Below the pieces are notes generated by a model. That model had not been told where the DNA came from, searched no databases, and saw only the letters and a program-made list of their open reading frames with translations. Of a stretch of DNA of 32,000 nucleotides, positions 8,467-17,365 are shown one piece after another. This DNA is from Candidatus Nitrospira inopinata (GTDB lineage Bacteria; Nitrospirota; Nitrospiria; Nitrospirales; Nitrospiraceae), in the NCBI RefSeq assembly GCF_001458695.1, contig NZ_LN885086.1:30001-62000 (forward strand), written 5' to 3'. Within the stretch, counting starts at the first letter, position 1, and each line of letters starts with the position of its first letter. A program made the position numbers and the translations under genes.

Positions 8467-9239
8467 TCATCCGCAGGAGACTCGGCTCGCACAGCTCTCT
8501 TTCAGTTTATCGGCGAAAATCTTCTGGTAGAGATCTTCGCCATGACTGGTCTCCACCGGCTCGCCTTTGACCAGCCTGAAAGTCCTCGTCCCATCGGCAC
8601 GCCTCTCAGGGCTCAGAAAGAGAGCGTCTTCTCTGTTGCTGTCAAAGAAGCCACGGGCGAATTCGTACAGATGCGTGACGAAGAACACCTTGATGGTTTT
8701 CTCGATCAACGCTTGTACCACCTGCCGCGCGATCTCTGATCCCTCCCGCTCGTTCGTCGCCGCAAACGATTCGTTGAGGAGCAGCATCGAATTCGACGCG
8801 AGATGGTCGACGATCTCGCTCAGTCTCGCCAGTTCCTCGTCGAGCTTTCCCTGGCCAGATTCTGCGACAGACGTTCGACCGCTCCGCAATAGAGCTCGAC
8901 CGCGGCGAGGAACCAGCCTTCTTTCTCATGCTTATCAGAAAGCCGCTTGGCCTGATCGAGATGTTGGCGCATCGCACGCATCCGTTGAGAAAACGACCTG
9001 ACGGCTTGCATCAGAGTCTTGTCTTCCAGATCCTTCATGACTTCCTGACAATAAGCGATCCTGTCGAGATCGTTCAGGGTCGTGCGGAAGAACGTCGTGA
9101 GATCGTAATGCTCCCAGCCCTTGGTGATGGTTCGCACGATCTGATCAAGATTCAAATCATGGAAGAAGTCCGTGGCGTCCGGCGCCTTCCACTCCGTGGA
9201 GCCATCCGCTTCTTGAAACAGAATGCTGTTGAAAGTCAT
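8467..9239 (-). pseudogene. Internally deleted and frameshifted MutS-related (domain V) ATPase remnant
   Basis: The N-terminal frame (9239 down to 8820) reads MTFNSILFQEADG...FFHDLNLDQIV...EKEGWFLAAVELYC, the start of a MutS-related family as I remember it. A second frame (8889 down to 8467) holds only the post-Walker-A part (GKLDEELARLSEIV...MLLLNESFAATNEREG...FFVTHLYE). The Walker A region and about 300 aa in between are missing, and the two pieces are in different frames. Confidence 0.6.
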
Positions 9240-9358
9240 GAGCGACATCGCCCATCGCGCTCGACTCCCGCTGACGACGGAGGCCAACAGAACACCCAGC
9301 AATCGAGGATCAAGGTTGTGGCTAAGGCACCCGCTAGGATGGCAGTTCTGATATCCAT
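9236..9358 (-). CDS. Candidate 40-aa hydrophobic leader ORF coupled to the MutS-like remnant
   Basis: ATG at 9358 follows GGAGG with a 5-nt spacer. The peptide is MDIRTAILAGALATTLILDCWVFCW.... Its TGA overlaps the ATG of the remnant (ATGA at 9236-9239). It may itself be a relic. Confidence 0.25.
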   Translation of the reverse strand: MDIRTAILAGALATTLILDCWVFCWPPSSAGVERDGRCRS

Positions 9359-9502
9359 GATCTCCTCCCTTCCTGAGCCGTCGAATTGTCCGATGGTCGC
9401 CCATGCACGTTGTGGCAATACCGCATCAACGGCCGATCTCATCGGTATTTCGGTGTTTAACGACTTTTCAGGTAGGAGGGCAACAAATGACGTTGCGAGA
9501 AT

Positions 9503-9536
9503 AAAAAAACTCCTACCAAATTTCTTCGGTAGGAGT
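9503..9536 (-). terminator. Rho-independent terminator (minus strand)
   Basis: On the minus strand, ACTCCTACC-gaagaaattt-GGTAGGAGT forms a 9-bp stem followed directly by TTTTTTTATT. Confidence 0.65.
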
Positions 9537-9720
9537 CATCAGTCCCGCTTTCACGGTGGGACGGTTCTTGGTGAACTCCATCACCAATGCTCTGTTGAAA
9601 AGTGTATACCCATCATCGTGGATCGTCAATATTCCCGGCGGTCGAGAGCTATCTGGCAAACAGACGACGGTATTTCACCCGCAGCACAAGGTGATCGAAC
9701 GCCTCAGGCTGAAAGGGGTT

Positions 9721-9744
9721 AAAAAAAGCACTGCGGCTGCAGCG
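9721..9744 (-). terminator. Small rho-independent terminator after the methyltransferase gene (minus strand)
   Basis: On the minus strand, CGCTGC-agcc-GCAGTG forms a 6-bp stem (one G.U pair) followed by C and seven T. It lies 27 nt downstream of the stop at 9771. Confidence 0.45.
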
Positions 9745-9770
9745 GGCAACTGTATCGGGAACCAGGCTGA

Positions 9771-10457
9771 TCAATAGACGATCCCGCCGACCACCCAATG
9801 GCGATCGTCGGGCACATCAAGCAACAGCCTCGTGAGATTCATGCGGGCAAGTTGCGAGGCGACCTCATCCTCGGTGAAGGAGGCCAACAGCGAATGGTAA
9901 AAATCCCGTCGGAGAATCTCTGACGCGCCTGGCGCATAGCGATCGACGATGGCCTGAGCCGCCTCCGGTGATTCAGGCCGCAGGAGATCCATCACGAGCA
10001 CCGGCGAGCCGGGTTTCACGAGGAAGCGGAGCTTCTGCCAAAACTGAAGAGGATTGGGAAGATGGTGCAGCAAACTGTTGGAGATGACCGCGTCGGCCTG
10101 GCGCTCTCCCGGCAAATCCTGAAACCGTTGACACAGGATCGTGATGCGATCCGACAAGGTAGCGGCGGCCACGGCTCGCTCGGCTAATTCGACCATCGGA
10201 CGCGACGCATCGATGCCGACCACACGACAGGCCGGAAACGCCCGTGCGAATCGGATCGGAATGTCACCGGGTCCGCACCCCAGATCAAAGACCTGTCCCT
10301 GCGAAAAGTCCGGGAAATAGTCTCGAAAGCGATCGACGAACCCTTGATTTTCAGCCGAGAAATCGGCCGCCGCATAAGCATCCGCCTGCGCGGGATCATC
10401 CATCACCTCTGGTTCCAGTTGACGCATCATCATGGTTTCTCCCATGCTTTCCCCCAT
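9771..10457 (-). CDS. Class I SAM-dependent methyltransferase
   Basis: Motif I VFDLGCGPGDIP, then VVGIDASRPMVELA and AVISNSLLHHL. The start is ambiguous among clustered ATGs at 10457, 10445 and 10433, the last two with GGGGGA/GGGAGA SDs. The track start at 10646 adds an Arg-rich extension that I do not believe. Confidence 0.8.
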   Translation of the reverse strand: MGESMGETMMMRQLEPEVMDDPAQADAYAAADFSAENQGFVDRFRDYFPDFSQGQVFDLGCGPGDIPIRFARAFPACRVVGIDASRPMVELAERAVAAATLSDRITILCQRFQDLPGERQADAVISNSLLHHLPNPLQFWQKLRFLVKPGSPVLVMDLLRPESPEAAQAIVDRYAPGASEILRRDFYHSLLASFTEDEVASQLARMNLTRLLLDVPDDRHWVVGGIVY

Positions 10458-10648
10458 GGTTTCCGTCCAGGCTTCCCGCCCCGGCTCGGCGATCTCAACG
10501 AGACGGTGCGACCGTGCTCGGCACCGACTTGCTCGGCATGGTCCGGTTCGGCCGGCAACCATGCGCTTGACCACGTTCACCGGTCTTGCTATAGAAGCGC
10601 CGGCAACCGTTCCTTTGTGATCCTCACCCAAACGAAAGGAAGACAATC

Positions 10649-10921
10649 GTGAACAAACAGGATCTCATCGACGCCGTGGCCAAATCAGCCGATCTTTCCA
10701 AAACCGCCGCAACCCGCGCGGTCAACGGGGCGTTGCACGCCATCACCGCCAGCCTCAAAAAGAAGCAACCGGTGTCCCTGATCGGATTCGGCACGTTCAA
10801 GATCACCAACCGAGCAGCCCGCACCGGACGCAACCCGCAAACCGGCAAAACGATCAAGATCAAAGCCGCCAAGGTTCCCCGATTCAAACCGGGCAAAGCC
10901 TTGAAAGACGCAGTCAGGTAA
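10649..10921 (+). CDS. hup: Histone-like DNA-binding protein HU
   Basis: The 90-aa product reads [11 protein letters not shown]...[44 protein letters not shown], the canonical HU/IHF fold signature. It has a GTG start with AAGGAAG upstream. Confidence 0.92.
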   Translation: MNKQDLIDAVAKSADLSKTAATRAVNGALHAITASLKKKQPVSLIGFGTFKITNRAARTGRNPQTGKTIKIKAAKVPRFKPGKALKDAVR

Positions 10922-11462
10922 CAGCGCGACCGAAGGCCTCGTGCGAGCCCGTCTCCCGCGAGGCCCTGTTTCCTCCCCCTGCCCGATCAATGGCGACGAG
11001 GTCCCCGGGCCGAACGATTCCTTCCCGCAAGACTCTCGCATAGACCCGACTCCACCCAGGGTTGCTCTTTTGTGAAATTCGCGACCAGTCTCCATCCCGG
11101 AACCAGCGTCTATTTTTGTGACAGGGACCGGCGTAAGATGTCACTTCGATCAGCAGATCCGGCCCGACCGACAGGCGCAGGCCCGGTCGGATGAGATTCC
11201 ACTCCAGTCCGACCAACGTCAAATTTTCTCCGCAGGAGCCGGCGTCGATCGGATGGCCTTCGTCCTGAAGCCGTTCGATCAATTCGAGCGAATAGAGACA
11301 CAGCGCGCGATCCGGCCCGCCGTGAAACTTGAGATTCTCTTGCCGATCTCCCTCCACACCGGCGGTGAGGACCTTCGCCTCCAACACCGGCCGTTTGGGG
11401 ACTCCTCCATCCGAAACGTTGATCTGATGCACGTGTGGATAGCCGGGCCGACTCCCCCTCAT
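10914..11462 (-). CDS. MOSC domain protein (YiiM-like)
   Basis: [34 protein letters not shown] and [10 protein letters not shown] match the MOSC beta-barrel pattern. Its ATG lies 4 nt after the prmA stop, implying an operon. Its 3' end overlaps the convergent hup stop by 8 nt. Confidence 0.78.
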   Translation of the reverse strand: MRGSRPGYPHVHQINVSDGGVPKRPVLEAKVLTAGVEGDRQENLKFHGGPDRALCLYSLELIERLQDEGHPIDAGSCGENLTLVGLEWNLIRPGLRLSVGPDLLIEVTSYAGPCHKNRRWFRDGDWSRISQKSNPGWSRVYARVLREGIVRPGDLVAIDRAGGGNRASRETGSHEAFGRAVT

Positions 11463-11465
11463 CGA

Positions 11466-12347
11466 TTACCCTCCCTCACAAGACTGCGCGCGAAGAAATT
11501 CCATCGCCAGCCAGCCGTCCTCCTCTCGTATCGCGCCGGGATAGAGCCCCGCTTTCCCGAACACCTCTGCAACCTCCGCCCCCTGATCGGAAAGCACACC
11601 GGACACCAACAGCCGGTCTGAGGAGCGGCAAGCCAGCTCCTCCGCCAGATCCGTCAGAGTCCGTTGATCCAGGTTGGCCACCACCAGTCGGAACGACTGC
11701 GATGGATCAAGATCCCGCATCTCTCCACATTGAAGTATCAACTCGGGGCCAAACCTATTGACGAGCGCCGCCTCCCTCGCACAGTCGATGGCCACAGGAT
11801 CATGATCGATCCCCACCGCTCGTTCGGCGCCCAGCCGAATCGCCGCCATGGCCAGAATGCCGCTACCGGTCCCGACATCCAACAAGGTTTCCCCGCCTTG
11901 CACGATGTCCTCGAGCCACGCAAGCATCAAACGAGTTGTGGCATGATGGCCCGTACCGAAGGCCTGCTTGGGATCCAGAATGATCTCGATCTGGTGCGGC
12001 TCAAGGTGAACCGATTCCCAACTGGGCCTGATCACCAGACGCCGCCCAACCCGGAACGGTTTGACCGATGTAGCCCAGAGGCGGTTCCAATCTTGATGCG
12101 GCATCCGGCTCACCCACAGCATCGGTTCACCACTGCCATGTCCTTGTCCCAGTTGACGGCACACAACCTTGATCCGCTCAACCCGGTCCGGAGACCAGCG
12201 ATCACTCGGCCAATAGAGATGGATCGTCTCGCCCTCCTGCCAAGCCCCCTGCGCATCCGGATCGTCCAACAACCCGAGGACTTCGCCCGCGTCAAGAGCG
12301 GAGCAAATCTGCACGTCGATCCAGTCTGACGCCCGATCTGTCATCAT
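11466..12347 (-). CDS. prmA: Ribosomal protein L11 methyltransferase
   Basis: WNRLWATSVKPFRVGRRLVIRPSWE, ILDPKQAFGTGHHATTRL and LLDVGTGSGILAMAAIRLGA..VGIDHDPVAI. Starting at the ATG at 12347 gives 293 aa, the usual PrmA length. Confidence 0.9.
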   Translation of the reverse strand: MMTDRASDWIDVQICSALDAGEVLGLLDDPDAQGAWQEGETIHLYWPSDRWSPDRVERIKVVCRQLGQGHGSGEPMLWVSRMPHQDWNRLWATSVKPFRVGRRLVIRPSWESVHLEPHQIEIILDPKQAFGTGHHATTRLMLAWLEDIVQGGETLLDVGTGSGILAMAAIRLGAERAVGIDHDPVAIDCAREAALVNRFGPELILQCGEMRDLDPSQSFRLVVANLDQRTLTDLAEELACRSSDRLLVSGVLSDQGAEVAEVFGKAGLYPGAIREEDGWLAMEFLRAQSCEGG

Positions 12348-12385
12348 TGACGTCACCCCAACCTTCCCAGTATGGTCACGGCACA

Positions 12386-14257
12386 ATGGAGCATCCTACA
12401 CCGTGCAATCAGTCGCGCACCGAGCACATTCATCGGCTTATCGGCCGAATCGATCGGCTGATCGGGCGCGGCTCAGCCGCCAGCGCCAGGATCACGAAGT
12501 GGCGTTTGGTGATTTTTGTGACCGGTTTGGTCTGCGTCATTGCCCTCTATCGATCAGCCTGGTACCACATAGGAAACGTCACGCTGGCCGGGTTTGTCGG
12601 CCTGTTCCTTGTCGTGGCGGCGTATCATAACAAACTAGAGGGGGCGATTCAGCGACTCAAGCGATGGAAAGAGATCAAGGCGACCCACCTTGCGAGGCTT
12701 ACGCTGGATTGGTCCGCGATTCCCGCGCGCCAGTGGGAGGTACCGCCAGCCCATCTCTATGCCAAGGATCTTGACCTGGCCGGCCCCCATTCATTGCTGC
12801 ACCTGCTTGACACCACCATTTCCGACCAAGGCCGTGCTCGATTGATCTCCTGGCTGCTTGACCAGCCACCGGCCATTGAAACCTGGACCAAACGCCAACG
12901 ATTGGTGAGAGAACTGGCGCGCCGCCCGCTCTTCCGCGACCGCTTGACCCTCTTGGCCCAACTCACCGGCAATGAAGAGATCAATGGCCGTCGCCTAGAG
13001 GCCGCATTGCTGCATCCCGTCGGCTTCCCATGGTTGAACGTGATTCTCGCCGTGCAGACGACGCTGGCGTGCAGCACGATTCTGCTCGGTCTCGGTGCCC
13101 TCTTCGGCTGGATTCCCGGCTACTGGATGTTTTCATTCGGGACCTACGTCGTGATTTACTTTTTGACCGATCAAGGGGAGGAACTACTTGAACATGCGGT
13201 GGGCCTCCACCATGAGATGGAGCGATTGGGAACAGTCCTCTGTTACTTGGAGCAGCAGGCCCGTCTGCCAGCCTCTGCCTTTACCGAGACTATTGCGCCG
13301 CTCATCGACGGCCACAGGGCTCCTTCTCTCCATGTCAAACGGGTCGCGCGAACCCTGCATGCTATCAGCATCAAGGCCAATCCCCTCGCTCACCTGTTTA
13401 TGAACGCTCTCTGTCCCTGGGATCTCTGGTTCGCCCGTCACCTCTTGTTGATCCAAACGGCCGTTCGCCACCACCTTCCCATCTGGCTTGATCGTCTCGC
13501 GGAGATCGAGGCGGCCTGCGCCCTTGCCAATTTTGCCGACCTGCATCCGGATTACGCCTGGCCGACGTTGATTCAGCCGGAAACCGGCCAGCAGGCAACG
13601 GTGGCCTCGATTACCGCCGAACGGCTGGGCCATCCGCTCTTGCCAGCAGGCACCCGCGTCCCCAACGATTTTCGCCTGGAAGGACTCGGCTCGATTCATC
13701 TGATTACCGGCTCGAACATGTCGGGCAAGAGCACCTTTCTGCGCACCGTCGGTCTCAACGTCTGCCTGGCCCAGGCGGGCGCGCCGGTGTGCGCCGCCCA
13801 TTTTCGCTGGACGTGGAGCCGCCTGGCCTGTTGCATTCGGATCGACGATTCGCTCGACGCAGGCCTGTCGTTCTTCTATGCGGAGGTCAAGCGACTGAAG
13901 ATGATCTTAGACTGGACATACAACCGTACCGAACCGCCGGTGCTATTCCTGATCGACGAGATTTTTCGTGGGACCAACAATCGGGAACGATTGATCGGCA
14001 GCCGGGCCTACATCACCGCCCTGTCACAGGGCCATGGGTTCGGCCTGGTCAGCACACACGATCTGGAGCTGACCGATCTCGAAAAGGACATCCCTTCCTT
14101 ACTCAACCTTCACTTCCAAGAGACGGTCTCAGCCGGCGCTCTCCAATTCGACTATCACCTTCGCCCCGGTCCTTGTCCCACCACCAACGCCCTCCGCATC
14201 ATGCAGTTGGAAGGATTGCCGATCTCCACCACCACCCCATTGGACAATGATGATTGA
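12386..14257 (+). CDS. Membrane-anchored MutS-related ATPase (MutS domain V only, about 4 TM helices)
   Basis: Walker A ITGSNMSGKSTFLRTVG, Walker B VLFLIDEIFRGTN and the MutS-type STHD motif. There is no mismatch-binding or connector domain. There are two hydrophobic hairpins (WRLVIFVTGLVCVIAL...LAGFVGLFLVVAAY and WLNVILAVQTT...FGTYVVIYFL). Start taken at the ATG at 12386. Confidence 0.8.
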   Translation: MEHPTPCNQSRTEHIHRLIGRIDRLIGRGSAASARITKWRLVIFVTGLVCVIALYRSAWYHIGNVTLAGFVGLFLVVAAYHNKLEGAIQRLKRWKEIKATHLARLTLDWSAIPARQWEVPPAHLYAKDLDLAGPHSLLHLLDTTISDQGRARLISWLLDQPPAIETWTKRQRLVRELARRPLFRDRLTLLAQLTGNEEINGRRLEAALLHPVGFPWLNVILAVQTTLACSTILLGLGALFGWIPGYWMFSFGTYVVIYFLTDQGEELLEHAVGLHHEMERLGTVLCYLEQQARLPASAFTETIAPLIDGHRAPSLHVKRVARTLHAISIKANPLAHLFMNALCPWDLWFARHLLLIQTAVRHHLPIWLDRLAEIEAACALANFADLHPDYAWPTLIQPETGQQATVASITAERLGHPLLPAGTRVPNDFRLEGLGSIHLITGSNMSGKSTFLRTVGLNVCLAQAGAPVCAAHFRWTWSRLACCIRIDDSLDAGLSFFYAEVKRLKMILDWTYNRTEPPVLFLIDEIFRGTNNRERLIGSRAYITALSQGHGFGLVSTHDLELTDLEKDIPSLLNLHFQETVSAGALQFDYHLRPGPCPTTNALRIMQLEGLPISTTTPLDNDD

Positions 14258-14588
14258 TACCACCTACGTCAATCATCCGGATTCTTCGCCTCGTTGCTCT
14301 TGCATCCAGCCGGCGACGGGTTGAGGAAACCTCGACACACCTGCTCAGCAAAAAACTGCTTGTGCTACCATCTTCTTTTAGCAATCCTTTCACAAATTAA
14401 CGAACCTCCGTCCGCGTTACGCCTGCCCATCGGCCCCCTGCGGAAACAATCACCTATTTACACCTTGCATCCCTCATTAGTTCATCGTAGTAATAGCGTC
14501 ACCAACCAACCCTCAGGCTCTTCTCGACAGGTGGCCGTATGGGCTTATCCCATGTCGAGCGGCTCTCCATCCAAGGAAGGAGGTTCTT

Positions 14589-16214
14589 ATGACTACGCTT
14601 CTTACTGTCGGAAGTCTGGTCTCCCGCCGATTCCGTGGTGCCTTGACGATCTTGGGTTGTCTGTCCATCTTTTTTCTACTGGTTCCGGTCGTGAGAGCCG
14701 GAGTGGAGTACGAGGTATGGCTCAGCGACCAAGCCAATACCCAGGGCATCACGCCCGCCACGCCCACCGGAACGCATGGAGGGGCCATTCGCATTTACGA
14801 GGGTGCCGATCTTGATCAGACCCCGCCGATCAATAATCCGCTTGTCCTGGACGTGACCGCTGATTTGTTTCCCGATGCCGATGTGACAACCGGTGCGCAT
14901 GTAAGCCGAATCCACGGAGTATCTCCGAGCCCAGACCATCGACATATGGCCTTGAATTTCGTCGCGAGCGGACATTTGGGGATCGTGGACGGGGAAACGA
15001 AAAAGCCAGTCTGCCTTTTCCGCACTACTAACATGACAACCGGACGCCAGAACCATATGAGTTTTTGGACACCAGACGGACTGCATATTATTGTGGCGAA
15101 TCAGAATGGTCGCATCCTGGAGCGTGTCGACGTCGTGAGGAACGCTCAAGGGGCGCCTATAAGCTTCACCTTCAATGGGACCGCAAGCTTGGATCTTGTC
15201 GGAGGGGCCGGCCGCATTCTCGGACAACCCATCGGTGTGGACGTCGATGTCACCGACAACATTGTATGCGAAGTGGCCGGCGTCGTGACGGATGGTCAGC
15301 CGACGACGACTCCAACGGGAGCGGCCAAACAAGCCGCCAATATTCGTCCATTGAATGCCCCGATTTGCCCGATCCCGGCCAGTAATAATCGACACGTCTT
15401 TGTGACCCTCGGCGGCGGCGGAATGTTCGTGGTGGACTTGACCGCCACGCCGATGGCGATCGTGGGAGAATACGATCTATCAGTAGTGCGTGCCGCCGGG
15501 TGCGGTGGAGTCGAAACCAACGGGTTCATGCACCTGAACACCGGTACGTCCGGCCCCAACATATCCGAGTTTTCCATTTACCGTTTTACATTAAACTATC
15601 CGCCTGCTCCCGCCTTTAACGCGCCGAATACTCCAGCTCCTCTGGCAGTGTGGCAGGACAAGGACAATGGCAAAGTCGCAGGAGTTGATTTGCCGGCCGG
15701 GACCAATCGTGATGCGCATGGCATCATCGTTGTCCGCAACAATCAGTCAGGTATCGGGCTCTACCTTCACCAAATGGATCGGATCCGAAATAACGTAGAA
15801 GTGTTCAAGCTTTCCCCTCCTTGGGACAACCTGACCAAGCGCCATGAAGGCACGTACAGTTTGACAGCCAGCGGAGTGTGCGGTGGAACGCCAGGCACAA
15901 CGAAGACAAACGATCCAACTCCTGATCTGGGCGACTTGACGCTCGGAGGCGTCCCGATAGGCAACCGCATCTATGTTGCGCTGCGGGGTCCCTTCCCCCT
16001 GACGATCAGCCACGCAGCAGACGGAAGTTGCCCGGGGCTCGGCATCATTGACTTGTCGCCCAATCGCCGATCAGGCGGACTTAGTGCCGTGATGGACACC
16101 ACTGTGCTGAGCGCCGATGGCTCACGGAATCTGAGCGATCCGCATGCCGCCGTCGTGCGGAAGAAAACTCCTCTTCAACCTACCCTCCCATGCGGCAAGA
16201 AAGGTTGCAAGTAG
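14589..16214 (+). CDS. Exported beta-propeller-like protein of unknown function, with a Tat-like signal
   Basis: SD GGAAGGAGG lies 5 nt upstream. The N-terminus is SRRFRGALTILGCLSIFFLLVPVVRA-G (twin-Arg plus h-region plus AxA-like site). The 541-aa product has repetitive beta-strand-like segments (HIIVANQNGRILERVDV, HVFVTLGGGGMFVVDL, AHGIIVV, IYVALRG), recurrent His motifs and 11 Cys in the mature part. Confidence 0.7.
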   Translation: MTTLLTVGSLVSRRFRGALTILGCLSIFFLLVPVVRAGVEYEVWLSDQANTQGITPATPTGTHGGAIRIYEGADLDQTPPINNPLVLDVTADLFPDADVTTGAHVSRIHGVSPSPDHRHMALNFVASGHLGIVDGETKKPVCLFRTTNMTTGRQNHMSFWTPDGLHIIVANQNGRILERVDVVRNAQGAPISFTFNGTASLDLVGGAGRILGQPIGVDVDVTDNIVCEVAGVVTDGQPTTTPTGAAKQAANIRPLNAPICPIPASNNRHVFVTLGGGGMFVVDLTATPMAIVGEYDLSVVRAAGCGGVETNGFMHLNTGTSGPNISEFSIYRFTLNYPPAPAFNAPNTPAPLAVWQDKDNGKVAGVDLPAGTNRDAHGIIVVRNNQSGIGLYLHQMDRIRNNVEVFKLSPPWDNLTKRHEGTYSLTASGVCGGTPGTTKTNDPTPDLGDLTLGGVPIGNRIYVALRGPFPLTISHAADGSCPGLGIIDLSPNRRSGGLSAVMDTTVLSADGSRNLSDPHAAVVRKKTPLQPTLPCGKKGCK

Positions 16215-16269
16215 AATATCGCTCGGGCGTTGACAAAGACCGATGCTTGAAAAGATAGAACGAGCGAAC

Positions 16270-16296
16270 AAGCCGATGGCCATAGGCCGTCGGCTT
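16270..16296 (+). terminator. Hairpin downstream of the beta-propeller gene
   Basis: AAGCCGATGGCC-ata-GGCCGTCGGCTT is a 12-bp stem with one G.U pair, 56 nt after the stop. It is followed by GGGTCTTGAAT, a weak U-tract. Confidence 0.5.
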
Positions 16297-16382
16297 GGGT
16301 CTTGAATGCAGACAAGTCAGAGCCTTCTCTTGTATTTCTAAAGAACGATTTCGTTATACTGACGGCGGAACGGCGCCATCTC

Positions 16383-17312
16383 ATGCCACATGCTCAATGT
16401 CATCTGCTCCAAAGCCTCACGGCAGCATTGCTTTTCCTGCAAGCCGGCTGCGGGGCCGCGCAGTTCGCCGCCTGCGCGCCGCACGTGAAGGAAACGGGCA
16501 CGCCTCAACGAACGTGGGTCGAATGTTTCACCGCCCCGCTCTCCCATGCGGGAATAACCCATTCGGTCTATTGCCTCAACGAAGACGCATCGAAACCGCC
16601 GGTGATCTTGTTGCATGAGATGACAGGGCTCACACCCGGGACCCTGGCCTATGCCGAGGAACTTGCGAACGATTTTACGGTCTATGTGCCGCTGTTGTTC
16701 GGTGCCAAGGGCACGTTCTCACCGGCCAGCGGGCTACGAGCCTACTGGTTCGGTGGCATGATCGACCACTTTCCTCATGGCGAATGGGGCGTACCTCTCC
16801 ATGGTAGTCCCGCCATCGTCACGTGGCTTCGAGGCTTGGTTAGGGAGGTCGGCTTACGACACCAGGGGCAGCCTATCGGCATCATCGGCAACTGCATGAC
16901 CGGTTCTCTGCCATTGGCCTTGCTGGACCACCAGCAAGTCAAGGCAGTTGTCGTGGCCCAGCCGGCCCTGCCGATGAAGTTGTGGTGGTCTTCGGATGAA
17001 GATCGAGCCTCGCTGGGCTTGTCACCTGATGATCTTGAGGTGGCGCGCCGGAGCTCGGCCAAGATTTATGGACTCCGATTCGAAACCGACTGTATGGCCG
17101 ACCGAGCCAAACATATTGCCCTTCGCCGCGAATTCGGCGATCGATTGATCGACAGCGAAATCCCGGCACACGAGTATCAGCCGGACGGCAAGCCGGTCAA
17201 TGTCCACAGCACATTGATCGGTTCCTGGGGTGTTCCAGGTCCAGTTGGAGAGGCTTCTCGTGTGGCACGGGAGCGGGTCAGGCACTTTCTGCTTAAAGAA
17301 TCGGCAGGGTGA
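16383..17312 (+). CDS. Dienelactone-hydrolase-family lipoprotein
   Basis: Lipobox LFLQAGC at the N-terminus when started at the ATG at 16383. It also has VILLHEMTGL and a Cys-nucleophile elbow IGIIGNCMTGS, as in dienelactone hydrolases. Confidence 0.72.
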   Translation: MPHAQCHLLQSLTAALLFLQAGCGAAQFAACAPHVKETGTPQRTWVECFTAPLSHAGITHSVYCLNEDASKPPVILLHEMTGLTPGTLAYAEELANDFTVYVPLLFGAKGTFSPASGLRAYWFGGMIDHFPHGEWGVPLHGSPAIVTWLRGLVREVGLRHQGQPIGIIGNCMTGSLPLALLDHQQVKAVVVAQPALPMKLWWSSDEDRASLGLSPDDLEVARRSSAKIYGLRFETDCMADRAKHIALRREFGDRLIDSEIPAHEYQPDGKPVNVHSTLIGSWGVPGPVGEASRVARERVRHFLLKESAG

Positions 17313-17365
17313 TCTCCGATTTCATGTCATGGTATTTCACATGACCTGGAGCTTTCCGGTTCATG

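Noticed and set aside
10458-10646. N-terminal 63-aa extension of the methyltransferase ORF offered by the ORF track.
   Set aside because: The extension is Arg/Ala/Cys-rich and precedes a cluster of ATGs with proper SDs. It would also consume the whole divergent promoter region shared with hup.
13184-15395. Long minus-strand ORFs (13184-13801, 14676-15395) antisense to the MutS-like and beta-propeller genes.
   Set aside because: Their composition is Arg/Gly-rich, they have no SD, and they are fully embedded in better-supported plus-strand genes.
17313-17365. Short inverted repeat GTCATG...CATGAC between the convergent dienelactone hydrolase and GT2 genes.
   Set aside because: It has only 6 bp, is AT-containing, and has no U-tract. 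That is too weak to call a terminator.
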